Assembly: GCA_000826855.1 (NCBI GenBank)
Contig: JTLS01000052.1
Location: forward strand, 1 to 37,240
DNA length: 37,240 bases
Direction: 5' to 3'
From: Basidioascus undulatus
Lineage: Eukaryota
Both the position numbers and the translations under genes were made by a program. This document shows, piece after piece, positions 21,105-34,718 of the stretch. A model generated the notes under the pieces. It had not been told where the DNA came from, did no database searches, and saw only the letters and a program-made list of their open reading frames with translations. Each line of letters starts with the position of its first letter. Positions within the stretch are counted from its first letter, which is position 1.

Positions 21105-24100
21105 CTACACCTTGCGGTCTCCGTCCATGCACGCCCGCTTGGCCGCATGCACTGCGTGCGCCAGCTCCGGATCCTTAAAAAAAAGTGTACAAGTCAGAAT
21201 CCCGACAAAGCGCGACTGCTGTAGAGGGACGTACCTCGGCCTTCAGACGGGCCAAGTTACGCTCGGCGTCCCACACGAAGGGACTCTTGGTGAGGAAGAG
21301 CAGGTTGATTTCTTCGAGGGTCCGATTGCTGGTTTCTGGATAAAATGCCCACACAACGGGAATCGACACTGTAGGTTCAGGGGTAGACGATCTGGGTGAG
21401 CTTCACATGCAACGGGAGGTGGGACAGCGGAGGGTGGGGCGGAGGAAGGGGACAATCAAGAAGATCGAGGAACAGGCACATACGTATGTTCACTGCTCCG
21501 AAGATGTGAAGAGTGTTCTCCGAGATGGCGTCAAACATGATCCTGGAACCCAATGTGGTTTCAGCGAAAGGTCAAAAGAGAACCTTGACTCTGTCGACCT
21601 ACGGATTGACGAGCGCTGAAGCGGAGGACAGTGCAGTGTTCCGAGAGGGTCAGTTGTAACTATGACAGAAGAATCACTTCAAAAGTAAAGGGAAAGCTCC
21701 GAAGGAGACCTACTTAGCCAGCCGTTGCCGATGCTCCATCCTGCATCCACTGTCAGATTTGGTTCCTCGAGGTAACCCCGCCTTCCATCCGACTTACCGA
21801 TGACGCCCCAGCTATTGACATGCTCAAATTTGAGTGCTCATGTCTTCCAAACGTTCAGACAATAGAAGTACTTACGCATTGCCTTGCCTAAGGATCTAAA
21901 GGATGTCAGCCATGTACCTTAGCACCGGGGAGTGGGACGAGCGGAGACATACGCTCGAACCTCCATGGGAAAATATTCTGCGGGTAGTACCCACGGAACG
22001 GTGAGCCAGGTCGCTCCGAAGACCGCAGTGTCTTATGGGGGCGTCAGGATCATCTCGGAGGCAGCAAGGCAAGAAGCGGCGCACAGAGGAAGATGAAGAA
22101 CGCGGCAGCGCCGCCGAAGCCAGCCGCATTCGCAGGTTGTTGAACGAGAAGGCGTGAGAATGCTCCGGCCTGATTACAAAAAGGTCTTTAACTTATCAAG
22201 TAAGAGGACCGCTTAAGGGCGCTGCGTACCAGGAACATGGCGAGGCCCTGACCAACGCAGCCCCAGAACAGAGTGAAGCGACGGCCCCATTTGTCAATCG
22301 TGAAGACAGCGAGCACTGAGATCCAAATTGTCAGAAATGTCTCGTTTCAGCGAGATTACTGACAGAGAACGCACAGGTGGATAGCATATAGGTGATCTGT
22401 CAATGAAGATCAGGTGCTTCAGCTTGCGAGCAATCCAATGACAGGGAACAGGTTTACGTTGTTGAGCCCGGACATCCACTGTGGGTCAGATAGGTCAGTA
22501 TAATCCACTTGTCTTTATCGGGACCAACGGAAGATTCCGATGACTTACCTGCGACTTGCGAGTCGAGTATCCAGCGAGCCTAAAGATCGTAGGAGCCCAC
22601 ACTGTGAGGCGCGGTGAGCTCGACACTGGCTTGCCTTTGATGGCACTTGGGAGTATATACTCGTGACTGCCGCAATACCAACCCCTGAAATACTGCAAGG
22701 TAAGTATGCGAACATTGGAAAGGCAGGCGATCACAAGGCCACGCACATTCCTGGAGGATCTGGATCCAAATGCTGAGCTGCACGCGACGAGCAACCTGAA
22801 GTTCACCCCAACCCCAGCCGAAGAACATGTGCAGATATGTGTTGCGCTTGGTATGTGCGCTGCGCTTCTCGAGTTCAACGACTTTCATGATCCTGTGCAG
22901 AACGCACTGTCAGAACGTCTAGTGCTTGTTGGCATAGGGAAGGAAATGAAAGGACGCACTCGTTGTACTCGCCCTGCGCCGCAGGGTGCTCGAAATCACC
23001 CTCGCCGCGAAGTCGGCCCAATATCACCTTGGCCTCCTCCATACGACCAGCCTTGATGAGCCACCGGGGGGATTCGGGCATGAGCTTCACCGTTGCAGCG
23101 AGACCAATGAGCGGGATGATCTGGAAGGCTATAGGGAATCTGTAGCCATCGAAGGTCGCTTCAGGGCTGGGCTCGGGGGTGATGAAGTAAAGATACCTAC
23201 CGCCAACGAATAGCCGAATTTCCCTCATCTATAAAACTTAATCCGAAAGACAACCAGTACGCAACGCTGTGGGCGAGAGAAAGCTCAGCTGTCCTGATCT
23301 TTACGTGGATCTTTCGGATGGTGTGCGGATCAGCCTTACACAACACCAAAGATGTTCAGACTGTCGCGCGGACAGTATGAGTTCAGGGGCCGCTATCCAG
23401 TTGTCGAAGACAATAGGACCTACGTGAATTCGAGAGCGATCATGGCACCACGCGAGGTGTGGTGTGCGACCTCCGAAGACCATACAGGCTGAACGTGAAT
23501 AAGGTGATAGGGATTAATCAGTTAGAAGAAGATGCTTCTCTCATTATTTCCTCGACCTACGACGATCACGTTGAGGATGCCGGTCCCACAGCCGTTGATA
23601 ATGCGAGCGCAGAGTAGCCACGGGACGTTCTGCGCTGAGCATTGCAGCGCAGCGCCTAGCAAAGCCCATGCACAACCGAAGAGAATGGCGTTGACACGAC
23701 CGAATCTGAAGGGGTCGCCAGCATTCATCAGGTCGCCAAGCGAACGCTGTCTGAGAAACATACCGGTCACCAAACGTCCCACCAAGCAGCGCTCCGAGCA
23801 ACGTCCCAAAGTAGTATATACTGACAATACCGCCCTCTTTCGACGGTGCCGTGATCGTAGAAGTCCATCCCTCGGTAGGACCACTGTACTGCGTCGTTCC
23901 GAGGTCCATGGTTCGGACGTACTACAACAGAGCTAGAGTAAGATTCTTTAGTTGCGTCGAGCGAGCTGAAACCATACATGGGGCGATATGTTGACACCGG
24001 CCATCATGCCTTGGTCGCTGCATAGTCATTTCCACCGTATCAGCTCTGGGAGACGTAACCACAAAGATAATAATACTCACTATCCGAAAAAGAAGATGGA

Positions 24101-24151
24101 CAGGCCGGCCACCCCGGTGATGGCCGCCATGAGGCGGGAGCCAACGAGCAT
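21105..24151 (-). CDS. MFS sugar porter family transporter, many short exons
   Basis: MLVGSRLMAAITGVAGLSIFFFGY|DQG, GDR|FGR, ARIINGCGTG, MPESPRWL, DKWGRR, WVLPAEYFPMEVRA, YPETSNRTLEEI. The exons I checked splice in frame. Confidence 0.93.
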
Positions 24152-25562
24152 AGTTCCTGCGTCTCTACGATGCTACGAGTCGGGCAGGTTTTTCTGGGAG
24201 TGAATCAAGCACGAACGAAAGGATGAGAGGACAACGCAGTCCGACCGCAGCGGTCACCTTTTGAGCCTCAACACTTCCATGAGCACCTCCCCACTTCCCC
24301 GCCCCACCTTAACTTGACCTTGCCCGCGCCTTCGGTCCGGTAAACCTTACCAAGCTCGCCCAAGGGACCCCGTTGCACTTTTGGAAAGTTCGCCAGCCGG
24401 CCGAGCATACAGATCAGCTGATGGGAGTTCCTCTCCCTGGTGTGCGGCAAGTCCGGGCCGAAGCGACAGGAGCGACAGGGCACCGTGCTTGGCCGAAGTT
24501 GGGTGAATCTCCGGCGAGACAGGAAACAAAAAAAAAACACAAACCGGCGGGAAGGAATTCATGGAAGCGAGCAAGTGCACAAGCTCGGAGGAGGTCGGAT
24601 GAAGAGCAATGAAGGCGCATCCTGGGTGTTCAGGTCGGGGCAGGGGGGAGCAGGATGACGAAGTTCGTCGGGGGAACTGATGATATGGAAGACATGAAGG
24701 CCGGGCGTAGCTTCTGAATAGTTATTGAATATCAATAAAACGGCATGTTCTGGAACATCAAAAACAACATGGCAAGGCTCAGTTACCTTCGAGCTATATA
24801 TGAGGAAAACTTTTGCAACATCTTCTGCGCCTTACGTAAACAGCCTTTAACGCATGTTAATGGATCGTAATAATGACAGAGCGGAGTAGGACTCTACAAA
24901 CTTATTCAGGCTCCTTTAAGGACCTTAGCTCACCGTCTAGACAGACGCTGTGGGCCCGACAGTTCTGAGCTCCAGGAAACTTTCACTCGCGGCTGTTCGC
25001 ATAGCTCTAATAATCTCTCAAACGCGGAATGAGTAATAATACCACTCTCGTGTATTCCCTTCGATCTCAGAATGCATTCAGAATCTCTCACACTATAGCT
25101 AGGCGGACCAAGTCAGATGGCTTGAGCAACATGCCCTGAGCTCCGCCGCGTCAAACTCCTTAGGTTACGTACCATACAGCATAGTTCATCTGAAAGATTT
25201 CATCAGGCCAGACAAGGCCGGAGGGCCCAACGTGCTATAAGGAAAAGTTGTGCAGCATCCTGTCCCCCAACTTGCGATGGGCACCAGAGGAGTTCACTGT
25301 CAACATGTCGACCGAGCTTTCGCGATAATCGAGTTTCATGGAGTCCTTGAACTCGCTTTGAATCTTTTAGGGTTACTGTACAGCATTTGTGCAGTCGGGA
25401 CTGCCCTTTGTGTAAGATCTTAATATGGGCAAGAAGCTGCAATTGAAATGGCTGCGGCACTGGGGTGTCTTTCGGTGATACAGCATTTCCAGCGTCCGAC
25501 TTGAAGCTCAGTCAGCGTGCGTTCTTGTCCAGCTCTTCACGTTCACCACCCATCTTCTTGAA

Positions 25563-26641
25563 ATGTCCGACTCGCCGCCCACCTTTCTTTCTTCACGGTC
25601 TCCGTCTCCGCCGAGCACGGCATTCTTCGCTCCCCCGCCAGAGCAGCCCTTGCCCCCGCCCCCACCGGCGGGCCGGGACGGCGACCACAACCGGCAGCTG
25701 TATGTGGGCGGGCTGCCGCTCGACGTGGACAAGGGGAAGCTGGAGGTCCTCTTTGGAGCGTACGGAGAGCTGTAAGCCTAGGCGGAGTGGCGCGTACGCT
25801 GGCGCCATTCTTACATTCCTGATGGGAAATCACAGGGAGAGCGTCCGCATCATCCCGCCCACGAATCCCGCGCATACCTATGCCATCGCATTCGTCGTGT
25901 TCACGTCGGGCGAGAGCGCATGGCAGGCGTTGCATTACCTAAACGGCGCGTTCATCCTCTCACAGGTTCGCGGCAATCGGCATCTGACTTTTCACATCTC
26001 CAGGTTCGACTGTCAACGGGAGCGTCCTTCGCGTCCAATGGGCGCAAACCAGTCGGGCCGCGTCATCTTCCACCTCATCCTCTTCCGCTACCGCCGCCGC
26101 TCCTCCACAAGGTCCAAAGACCTATCTGCCTCCGCCGTCGTCGGACGAGGTGTCCAAGCTGCGTGCGCTCCTCACAGCCGCGCAGGCGCGGGAGGCCGCG
26201 ACAGCGGTCCAGCTCAAGACCACGCTCGAGGGGTACGACTCCGCGGTAGCGGGTGTGAAGCGGGAACTGGAAAAGCGCATGGAGCTTCTCGAGAAGAAGA
26301 AAAGGCTGGACGAGCGGGTGAAGGCGCTGGTGAAGGAGTTGAAGGAGGAGAAGGCGAAGAGGGAGGAGGCGGAGAGGAGAGGACGCGTGCTCGAGACGCT
26401 GGTGAGGGGGAGGAAGAAGAAGAGCGAGGTCGTTGTGGAGGAAGGTCCGGTCGCCTTGGAGGTGGTGGAACAGGTCCTGGCGGAGGAGCGCGAGGGAGAG
26501 CAGGATCAGCCAGCGCTGAAACGCGTGAAGGTGGAGGAGGAGGCGAGCTCGGTCGCCACGCCCGAGCGCGACGTTACTACTGGGGGCAGCGTGATGGACG
26601 GGGTATGGAGACTGTTCGGGAAGCGGAAACGCGGGGATTAG
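25563..26641 (+). CDS. RRM RNA-binding protein with C-terminal coiled coil (exons 25563-25771, 25836-25945, 26004-26641)
   Basis: RNP2 LYVGGL, RNP1-like AIAFVVF, and LNG|STVNGSVLRVQWA restored by a GC-AG intron, followed by an E/K/R-rich heptad region. Confidence 0.85.
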
Positions 26642-27789
26642 GAGATGGTCGAGGTGCGTTCTTTGTATCACATCTCGTCAGGCCCCCCGTTGCGCTCACT
26701 CCGGTGCAACAGGGACACGTCGGCTTGTTTATCCGTGAGAGGCTCGCTTTATTTTCTTTCGCTTTGGTTGGAACGCGAAGGTGCTGAGGTAGGTTGACGC
26801 GCTGACGAGTGTTTCACCCTTCACCCATCTTGGTCACCTCTTCCATTCCTCTCCACCCGTCTTCCCTTCGTCCGGCGCGCATCATCATTTTCCGTCCTTT
26901 TCCGTTCGCACTCTCTTCATAGATCGCTCGACGCCGCCGAATTCTTGCAAGACATGGGGTCTCTTCCGCGCACTTGTCCTCGCTTGCTGGCCGACCGCTT
27001 GTTTCTTGTTTTGCGTTGTACCGTAGCTTAAGCCATCCGTGCATCATGTCATCAACGGTGTTTTCCTGTTCATATTGCGTCTGAGGACGATTAATGTGTG
27101 AATACGGAGTCGACGTGTTTTTTTTTGTGTCCTGGAGGATGCCGGACCCATGGAACGTGTGGAGGGAGGCCAGACTCGAGTCCCGCCGCCGCAGCGCCTA
27201 AGTCTGGTTCACACCATCAACTATAGACGTTCACAAGCTCGCTGATGCGAACTTCTTGGCCTTCGAGACATCTCAAACTGTGTCTGCAGTACAATACATC
27301 TGCCATATGAATGGGTCTATTGGCCGCAAGGAAAGAAACATTCCCGGTTTCACAAGCCAGCCCAGCGGCTTCCACTGCGAAATTCGTTCCCGCCCGCTAA
27401 CACATACTCAGCGCGAACTTCTCTTCCTCTCTTGCCTATTAACACCCATCATTCCATCGGGTCTATAGCTTCGCTCAGGATACACCAGCGCCACGGCGTG
27501 CCCGGCCTTCACCTCCTCTTCCTCCACTTCCTCCCTCCTCCCTTCTTTCCGATTCCCTGCCCTCTTCCTAAACCCCGACTCCGACATCCATCAGGGTGAA
27601 CTGGCAGGATACCATCGTGATCCTCCACTGCATTGAGGCTGTTGAAAGACTCGTCTACGGTGCGTTGCTTGCCTGGGCTTGTGTCGCAGCGCCAGGCGTT
27701 AAACCGGGCTTGCTCTTGCAGCGACCTGGGTGATCAGCGTGTGGTTCGCAAGGACTAGTAGTTTCGAATGGAGCATCATTACGGGGTGC

Positions 27790-28920
27790 GTACCTTTTGC
27801 TTTCCGGCTTCTCGTCTTCTAGGTGGCTTACCGTCGTACATTATCCTTTCTGCCGCACCAGGAGACGCCGTTTCCGCTGGCCGACGCTGCTCTATGTGGG
27901 AGCCCGTATCACAGGACTGCTCCTGCTGGTCACCCTCCTCATAGTTTATAATATTTAGCGGCTCTTTACCTCTCGTTGTGCAGCACGAGGTCGACTGTGA
28001 TGCACTGTCCAAAGCGTCCTCTTTCTTGGTAGTCCTCGCGGTGCTATTCAGCATGTCCATCTTGGCGCTCAGGTGACTTCCATGATATACCCATCCTGGA
28101 TCGAGGCTGAAGTATTTCGTAGGACCATTACCATTTGGTCGAACCGCTTGTTCATCAACGTTCCGCTCGTCGTTCTCCTTTGCGGCGATCTCGGTTGGTC
28201 CTTCTACAGCGCAACGCGATCAACCTCGGAGTGGGTCAGTGGCCAGCTGGCCGTTGAAGCTGTTCCAAACGCCCTGAATCACATTACCTGGAATGGCAGA
28301 TTTCCCCTTTCAAGCTGTGCTCGTATATTGGAGTGACACCCAAACTTCTCATCGGCAACTTCGTGAGCTGCTCCCCTACCTCACTTGCGTGCTGTTTCCT
28401 TGGCTGACGCATGGCCTCAGATCTACGGTGAGCTATTGAGAGGCCTAGTCAGTTGCAAGTGTTTTCTTGAAGCAGATTTACTCCGGCAGCGGTCTGGTAC
28501 AACATTCTGCTCATGGTTTTGACGACCTCCCGCCTGTACAAGCTGAACCGTGGCACACCGTGAGCACGGATGCACCATGACTAGGCGGAGCGCGAAATTG
28601 ACTGTACATGATCAATAAATAATCTTCGGTATTTCCGCTCTTTTGCTGAAGGACGGCCATGCTCACCTTCCTGCCCCAGATCTTCCATGTCACTACGTAC
28701 CTGTTCCAGCTGGCCTGCGTTATTATGCTGGTCCTGAACTTGAACATTGCCATGAATATCTTTTTCATCGTCCCGATGTCAATGATCTTAAGTTATGCTG
28801 TCGAATCTGACAGGGGCGAGGACTGACGCCCCGTTCACAGCATTGCCATCGCATGCCACGCGTTCATCAGGCTGTAGCTCTGCAGCTTTGAGGAGTAGAT
28901 TTCATTCCATTGCAACGGGT
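27790..28920 (+). pseudogene. Decayed multi-pass membrane protein (basidiomycete DUF6533-like family)
   Basis: RRRFRWPTLLYVGARITGLLLLV, DCDALSKASSFLVVLAVLFSMSILALR|TITIWSNRLFINVPLVVLL, LFQLACVIMLVLNLNIAMN, IAIACHAFIRL*. Internal stops and damaged splice sites. Confidence 0.5.
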
Positions 28921-30194
28921 GAGTGGCTTCCAAGGCAGTTCCGCCGCATTAATCTCTGACAGTGAACTGGACAGCCGCGACACTCCTGGCCTGCCCATTT
29001 CGAGCCGCTTCCGGTCGCTGTCTCGTCACCGCAAGACCCAAGAGCCCTCTGCAATTCAAGTTCAGACCGAGTACACGACACAGTCAGTCCAGGTCTTATC
29101 CCTGACCTGCTCACAGCGCTAATGGGGTGGTCCATACTGCAGCCACGACGGGGTTCTCATTCAGTTACCTTCGCGCCCGTGCTCGGCCTACTCTGCCCAC
29201 CAGAAGCGTTTCGAGAGCAGCTACACCGACGCTCCCTCTTTCTGTGAGGCTACGACGTCGGACGCTACTTCCTCGGCTCCTGGCACACCTGCCCTAAGCA
29301 TAAGATCGCACATTTGCTCGGGGTCCCCACAACGCAGTTCTGCGTTCTTCACTCTCCTTTCTGTGTCGCAAGACACGTCCGCACTCATTTATTGCTTTAT
29401 TCTTGGCTGGTGGTTCTGCGTTCTCGTCAGCGAGTGCTGTGGGACTTTGAACCGATGCACGATGTCCAAAAGTTTACTGGGCCAAACATGCAAAAGCCAT
29501 GACAAGCACACATAAGCCCTCGACACCCTATCGGCAAGAGCACGAAGAATATTCCCGGCATAAAAAAAACCACCGGGTGGATGACTGGAAACAATGGATA
29601 CGCGGGCCACCGCAGTGCCACCCACTGACGGTGGTAATTTTTGCTTGCCAGTAGTGCTCTCGACGCTTGCCTGACTTCTGCTTCGCTGCTGGTGAGGTTT
29701 GTCATTCGCTATTATAATTTCTCGCTTTGCATGTGCTTTCACCACAGTTTGCCAACATTCGAAGCGTAAAAGGGTTGGACCGTGGAATAGACGGACCTGG
29801 GCGGAAGCGCCCAGAGAAACCCCGCGTTTTCCTGAGCGCCCTTGGGCGATGCTTCCCACCCTTCTGCACTTGACCACCATCTCGCTGTACTTTAACCTGC
29901 ACTGCAATGCGAGGCGACGCATCGCACGGTGTAACTACTATCCGCCCAATTCATTTCGCAACAATGTCCACGCTATCTTTGTACTCAAGCTTGTTATCTC
30001 ACGGCATGGCGGCCTTGGGCACGGGTCAAGCGCTTGGCTCCTTACGGTTAATCCGAATCTTCGCGTACGAGAACAAGACGGTTGAACAAACACAGAAGTT
30101 ACGACTCTTCATTTTCTGCTACTCACCGTCTTACACTCACCATCTTCGACTTTCGAGCCTCTGCTCACCTTCAGGTCCCTTCGGACACTCGAGC

Positions 30195-31767
30195 ATGGCT
30201 TCTTCATTCGGTCCTGCTCTCCTCCTGGGGACGGCGCTCCTTGCGGCCCACACGGCGGCTCAAAGCCTCATGGACTCATCGATCCTGCCTCTATCGACTT
30301 CTTTCGTCGGAAAGGAACTCGCAGACAACTTAGGTGCGCGGTTTCGAGAGCGCTTGGCGTTTGGCTGCCCTTCAGCTAACGGCAGTGGGATATCGATCAA
30401 GATTTCTTCGACGATATCGATCCCACGAGCTATTATGTGACCTATATCTCGAAGGAGGACGCAATCAGCGGCGGTATGGTGGAATGGACGGACTCGTCCT
30501 TCACAATGCGCGCCGACAACAAGGGCATAGCTACCGGGCACGGCCGGAAGAGCGTCAGGATCGTCAGCCAGGGCGAGTGGGGCGACGGTGTATACATCCT
30601 CGATGTTCAGCACATGCCGACAGGCTGTGGTGTGGTAAGTCGATCGCGCACATTCTCACTTAAACAGGCTATCAGCCAACCATTGGTTCTGTTTGGTACA
30701 GTGGCCTGCAGCATTGACCGTCGTCAAGAAAGGTCGGTTTCACCAAAAGGCGCTTTCTCCAACCGTCATGCTGACATTTTGGGCTATCAGGCTGGCCTGA
30801 AGGCTCCGAAATCTATAGTCCGTCGTTCTGACTGCGCCGCTCGTCCAAAGCCAGCTAACGCTCTCGGCTCTATAGTTATCAAGGGCGCCAATGCGAACGC
30901 CTCCCTGCTTTCCCCAATTTTGAATCACCTCAAGTGGACGACTGCCGACTACTTTGACAGTAACACTGCATCTCTGCGTACGACTGTGCTGGCTCTACCC
31001 GAGCGGTGCTCGCGGCTGACAGTGAGATTGGGCACGAACAGACACCCCAAGCCACGGCTGCGAGATCCCATCTAACGACCTGGCTAATGGCACTGTGACT
31101 GCTGCGAGTCCGTCCAACCCCACGACCATGGTCTTTTTGGTCTTTTCCCGGCCAGCTCCGATCTGAATCCTGCCTCTACAGAGTGCGACTACGACATCAA
31201 CGACAACCAAGGCTGCGGCGTGCGATTCCTTAACACCTCCTGTGCGTCTATCGGCGGATTACAAGTGTCCAGCTGTTTCCGAGATTCATAGACTATTCCT
31301 GTCGCTAGCTTTGGGATCCACTTCCGCGCTCAAGAACCTCACGTTTTCTCGTGGGCCAGCGGCACGCGAGCATTCGGCAGCCGTTTCAACGAAAATGGCG
31401 GCGGATACTACGCCCTGCATCGGGACATGGAAAAGTGCATTTCAGTATTCCAACCCTTTCGTGCTTTTCCCATTGCTGACCGAACCTCATTGCGGCAATG
31501 ACAGCTCGGGCCGCATCTACGTGTACTTCTGGGAGCGCAACGCAACCAATGTTCCGGACGACGTCAAGGTCTGGCACCATTTTGCGGCTTCGCTGTTTAT
31601 TCTGTAGCTTAACTTATCTGAGATCGTAATTCTTCCTGCAGAACCCCACCGACACGACCAACCCCTCGCAGTGGGGCTACCCGGTCGCCAACTTCTCGGT
31701 CCCGCTGTGCGCGGGCGACTTCGCCAAGCACGTCCTCGTTTTCAATATCGCATTTTGCGGTGACTAG
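30195..31767 (+). pseudogene. GH16 fungal Lam16A-like glucanase, probably a pseudogene
   Basis: Signal peptide, DPT..VTY, GRKSVRI, DVQHMPTGCGV|WPA, NQGCGV, FNENGGGYYA, WGYPVANF, FNIAFCGD. The catalytic EIDIIE reads EIYIIK, a donor reads GAACGC, and no recognisable final exon follows CGD. Confidence 0.85.
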
Positions 31768-34718
31768 TTGCGTATTCCATTGTTCATTACGCCCGCATTT
31801 CGCCATTCTGATGTCCCCGTCCTGCACTGTAGTAATTTCTTGATCGATGATGCTCGACCGTACGAAAGTCGAGGTGTGAGGTGGGCATTTGCGCACTCTG
31901 TCTAAGCCGCCAGGTTTACGCTGTCGTGAAAGACTAACAGTCAGTCGGTTTCGATCGTACCTGACCTTTTCCTCTGGGTTCCGGATGCTACTCAACTCCC
32001 AACTCCAATGCTCTCGTATCCAGCCAAATCCGCTATGCGCCCAACTGTGAGCTTTGCATCGCCGGTGCCGGTCCTCTATTGGACAAGCGCTGCGATCGCT
32101 ATGAGCTTGCTGCCTCCTTACAGAATGATCTTTCGGGACAGAAAACTGAACATGTTGAAGCATACATGACGGACCCCCGACGTGCGAGAGCTGCGAGGCG
32201 TTCGACAGTGGCATCCGAGTCAACGTCCGCCAGCTACTGCAGCTGTCACGATCGTTGCCGGTTGTTGCATACAGCCAGCTGTTGGACAGACTTCTTCGGT
32301 CCACCTGTAGAGGCATTTGTTAGCCCGAGAACGGCCACTGCACATCAGCATCTCATCGGCATGGCGGCGCATATCGTCTCTATCGATATGCACATTTTTC
32401 CCTTCCACATCTTTCCTCTCTGTTTGACGCTTCACCTGCGCTCCGCTCTTCGCCCTACGTCTCCTACCCTTCTTTCACCTTGAAGTTGCATGTGATTGTG
32501 TCTTTGTCCCCTTTGATCATGTTGTCCATTTCCCCTGCACTCACATGGCCCTTTCACCTGTGTTATTCTTTCGCTCCTGCACACAAAACACTACTCCACA
32601 TTGTTGTTCTTGAAGCTATGATAAAAGGGCTACTTCGTCTCTACTTTCCTTTTTATCGAATATACACTTGCTCCTCGCTCAGCGGCTGAGTGCTGTTCGA
32701 TAGTCTCTAGGACGCCTGTCTCGATGTCTTGCTCTCGGGTCCAACATGGTCCACCTCGCCATGCGTCTCGAGCACTTGAACGACTTCAATGACTTTGGTG
32801 AGGGCAATCACCAGGACCCTGAGGCGATGTACGTCAGCCAGGGCTTGACTTTGCGCATCGAGGCTCTTAATCATTTGGGGCCACGGCTCCCGCGCCTCAA
32901 CCGTGACCTGTATTTCTCAGCCGAGATCCGTAGGATCCTCCTGGGTCTTCAAATTCCGCCTGGAGGAGGGGGTTGTTGTCCAGTACAATGTGTATCAGCG
33001 TTGATCGGCGCTCCGGGTCAGGCAGGCATGTAACACGACTTGGCTTTGTTACGTTATTCGACCGTCTGTCGCAATCTATACTACCATTCCTGGGCAACAA
33101 TTTTTGTTTTCTGACTTCATCTGTGCTGCTTTGGTTCGAACGAGGACCGTAGCGGAAGAGCTTGGCATCGCCAAGCAATGTGAGGGAGAAAACACGAAGG
33201 AGGGAAGCAGGATTTGAGTGTTGTTATTCCGTGAAAGTATCACCGCTCCACTGCAGTAGTCTCATAATAGTTGAAAGTGGGCTTAGGGGAGCGGCCTCTA
33301 AAGATAACGAGAGGCGTTCCGTTGGTGAGCGTATCCCTGCATTGCTCCACCAGCTTGAAACGGGATTTCCGGGGCTTTCGTGTCCTGGAGAAACTAGCCT
33401 GTCTGTTATAATCGAGGTCGAGCTTGAAATCGAAACTGAAGGTCGTGCCGTATCCGAGTGCAGCCGCCCTCTGGGGCAGCGACTGCGCTGATCTGTGCTA
33501 CAAGCGACAAGGTGGCCTTCGGTGAGGATCGCGAAATCTAAAGGATACATTATAGAGCACAAGAACCCGTAATCTTGCAAGCGTACACATTCACCCATGG
33601 TCTGCAGTGCGGCGTGTGCCGAGGGCTCTCCCACACTGAGTTCCACCCAGCACGTCAGGAGATACACTCTTCCCGTACTGCACCTGCGGCCCTCCGTCCG
33701 CTGGAGTCCTTCAATTCCTATTTTACAATGGAATATATAATGATCTGGAACTTCATGCAAGAGCAAATTACTCAATCTGGCGTCAACACTCCACGTTAGA
33801 GGCACGAATACGGAGGGAACCAAGCGCTGCGACACGACTGCAAGATATTGCTTGCAATTTGCCACTCGATTAGCGTACACACTGTAATTTAGATCATTAT
33901 GAGAAGTGCAAATTTCTTTCAAGACGGAACCCATCAGAATGTGTCGAACGCTGAACTCGCAATGGGCACTGCGCACAGGCCCAGCTTGCAGCCGAGTCGA
34001 TTCCACCTCGTGAAGAGGATGATAAGCCATAGCAGATCATTTCAATGACGTGATTCCAGACAGGTGAAAGGCATAGTGCAACTCTTGGACCAAATATATG
34101 CCTGTGAGTGAGCAAAATTGTCGAAGCAAGCAATGATGTGTTGCGATCAGTCAACGCTTGGCCCTCTCGAATGCCTTCGCTTTCGGTTCCCAGGAAAAGG
34201 AAGGCCATATTTCAGGAATAGTATGAATTTGAAGACATTCAGGCGCTTGCAAAACGCACTTGAACGCGAGCCTCAGGATGAGGCAGAAGTCCACCTTGCG
34301 CCTTTGAGAATCAGCTCGTGCTTGCTGGAGAATGCGAGCTCATAATTGCCCAATGAGCTAAACTCCACTATCATGGAGTGATACATGTCTTTAGGCCTAG
34401 GTTGGGTATACATGCACATGTGCTGGGTTGGTCAGGCAACTACCTACATCACCAAAACTCTAAGGCAAGTGCTTTCTCCACCAATGCACACGAGATATCC
34501 TGATATCCGGGAAGACTTTGTGCTTGATTTCAGGGAACTGCACCACTGAGGCGCTCAAACCACTCAAACTGACCACATCCGGACAGGCTGTGAACGCTCG
34601 CTCCGAGTCCAAAGGGTCATGTCCGCATCAGTGTCCTGCATCGAAGGTTGTACGACATGTGAGAGTCATTATCTTCCAAGTGAAAGAAGGCACAACGATG
34701 AACAACAAGTTTTGAAGA

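Noticed and set aside
26075..26671. 198-aa Leu-rich minus-strand ORF
   Set aside because: Antisense shadow of the Glu/Lys-rich coiled-coil exon.
33224..34030. 268-aa minus-strand ORF
   Set aside because: No recognisable domain; possibly remnants downstream of the F-box relic, but not supportable as a gene.
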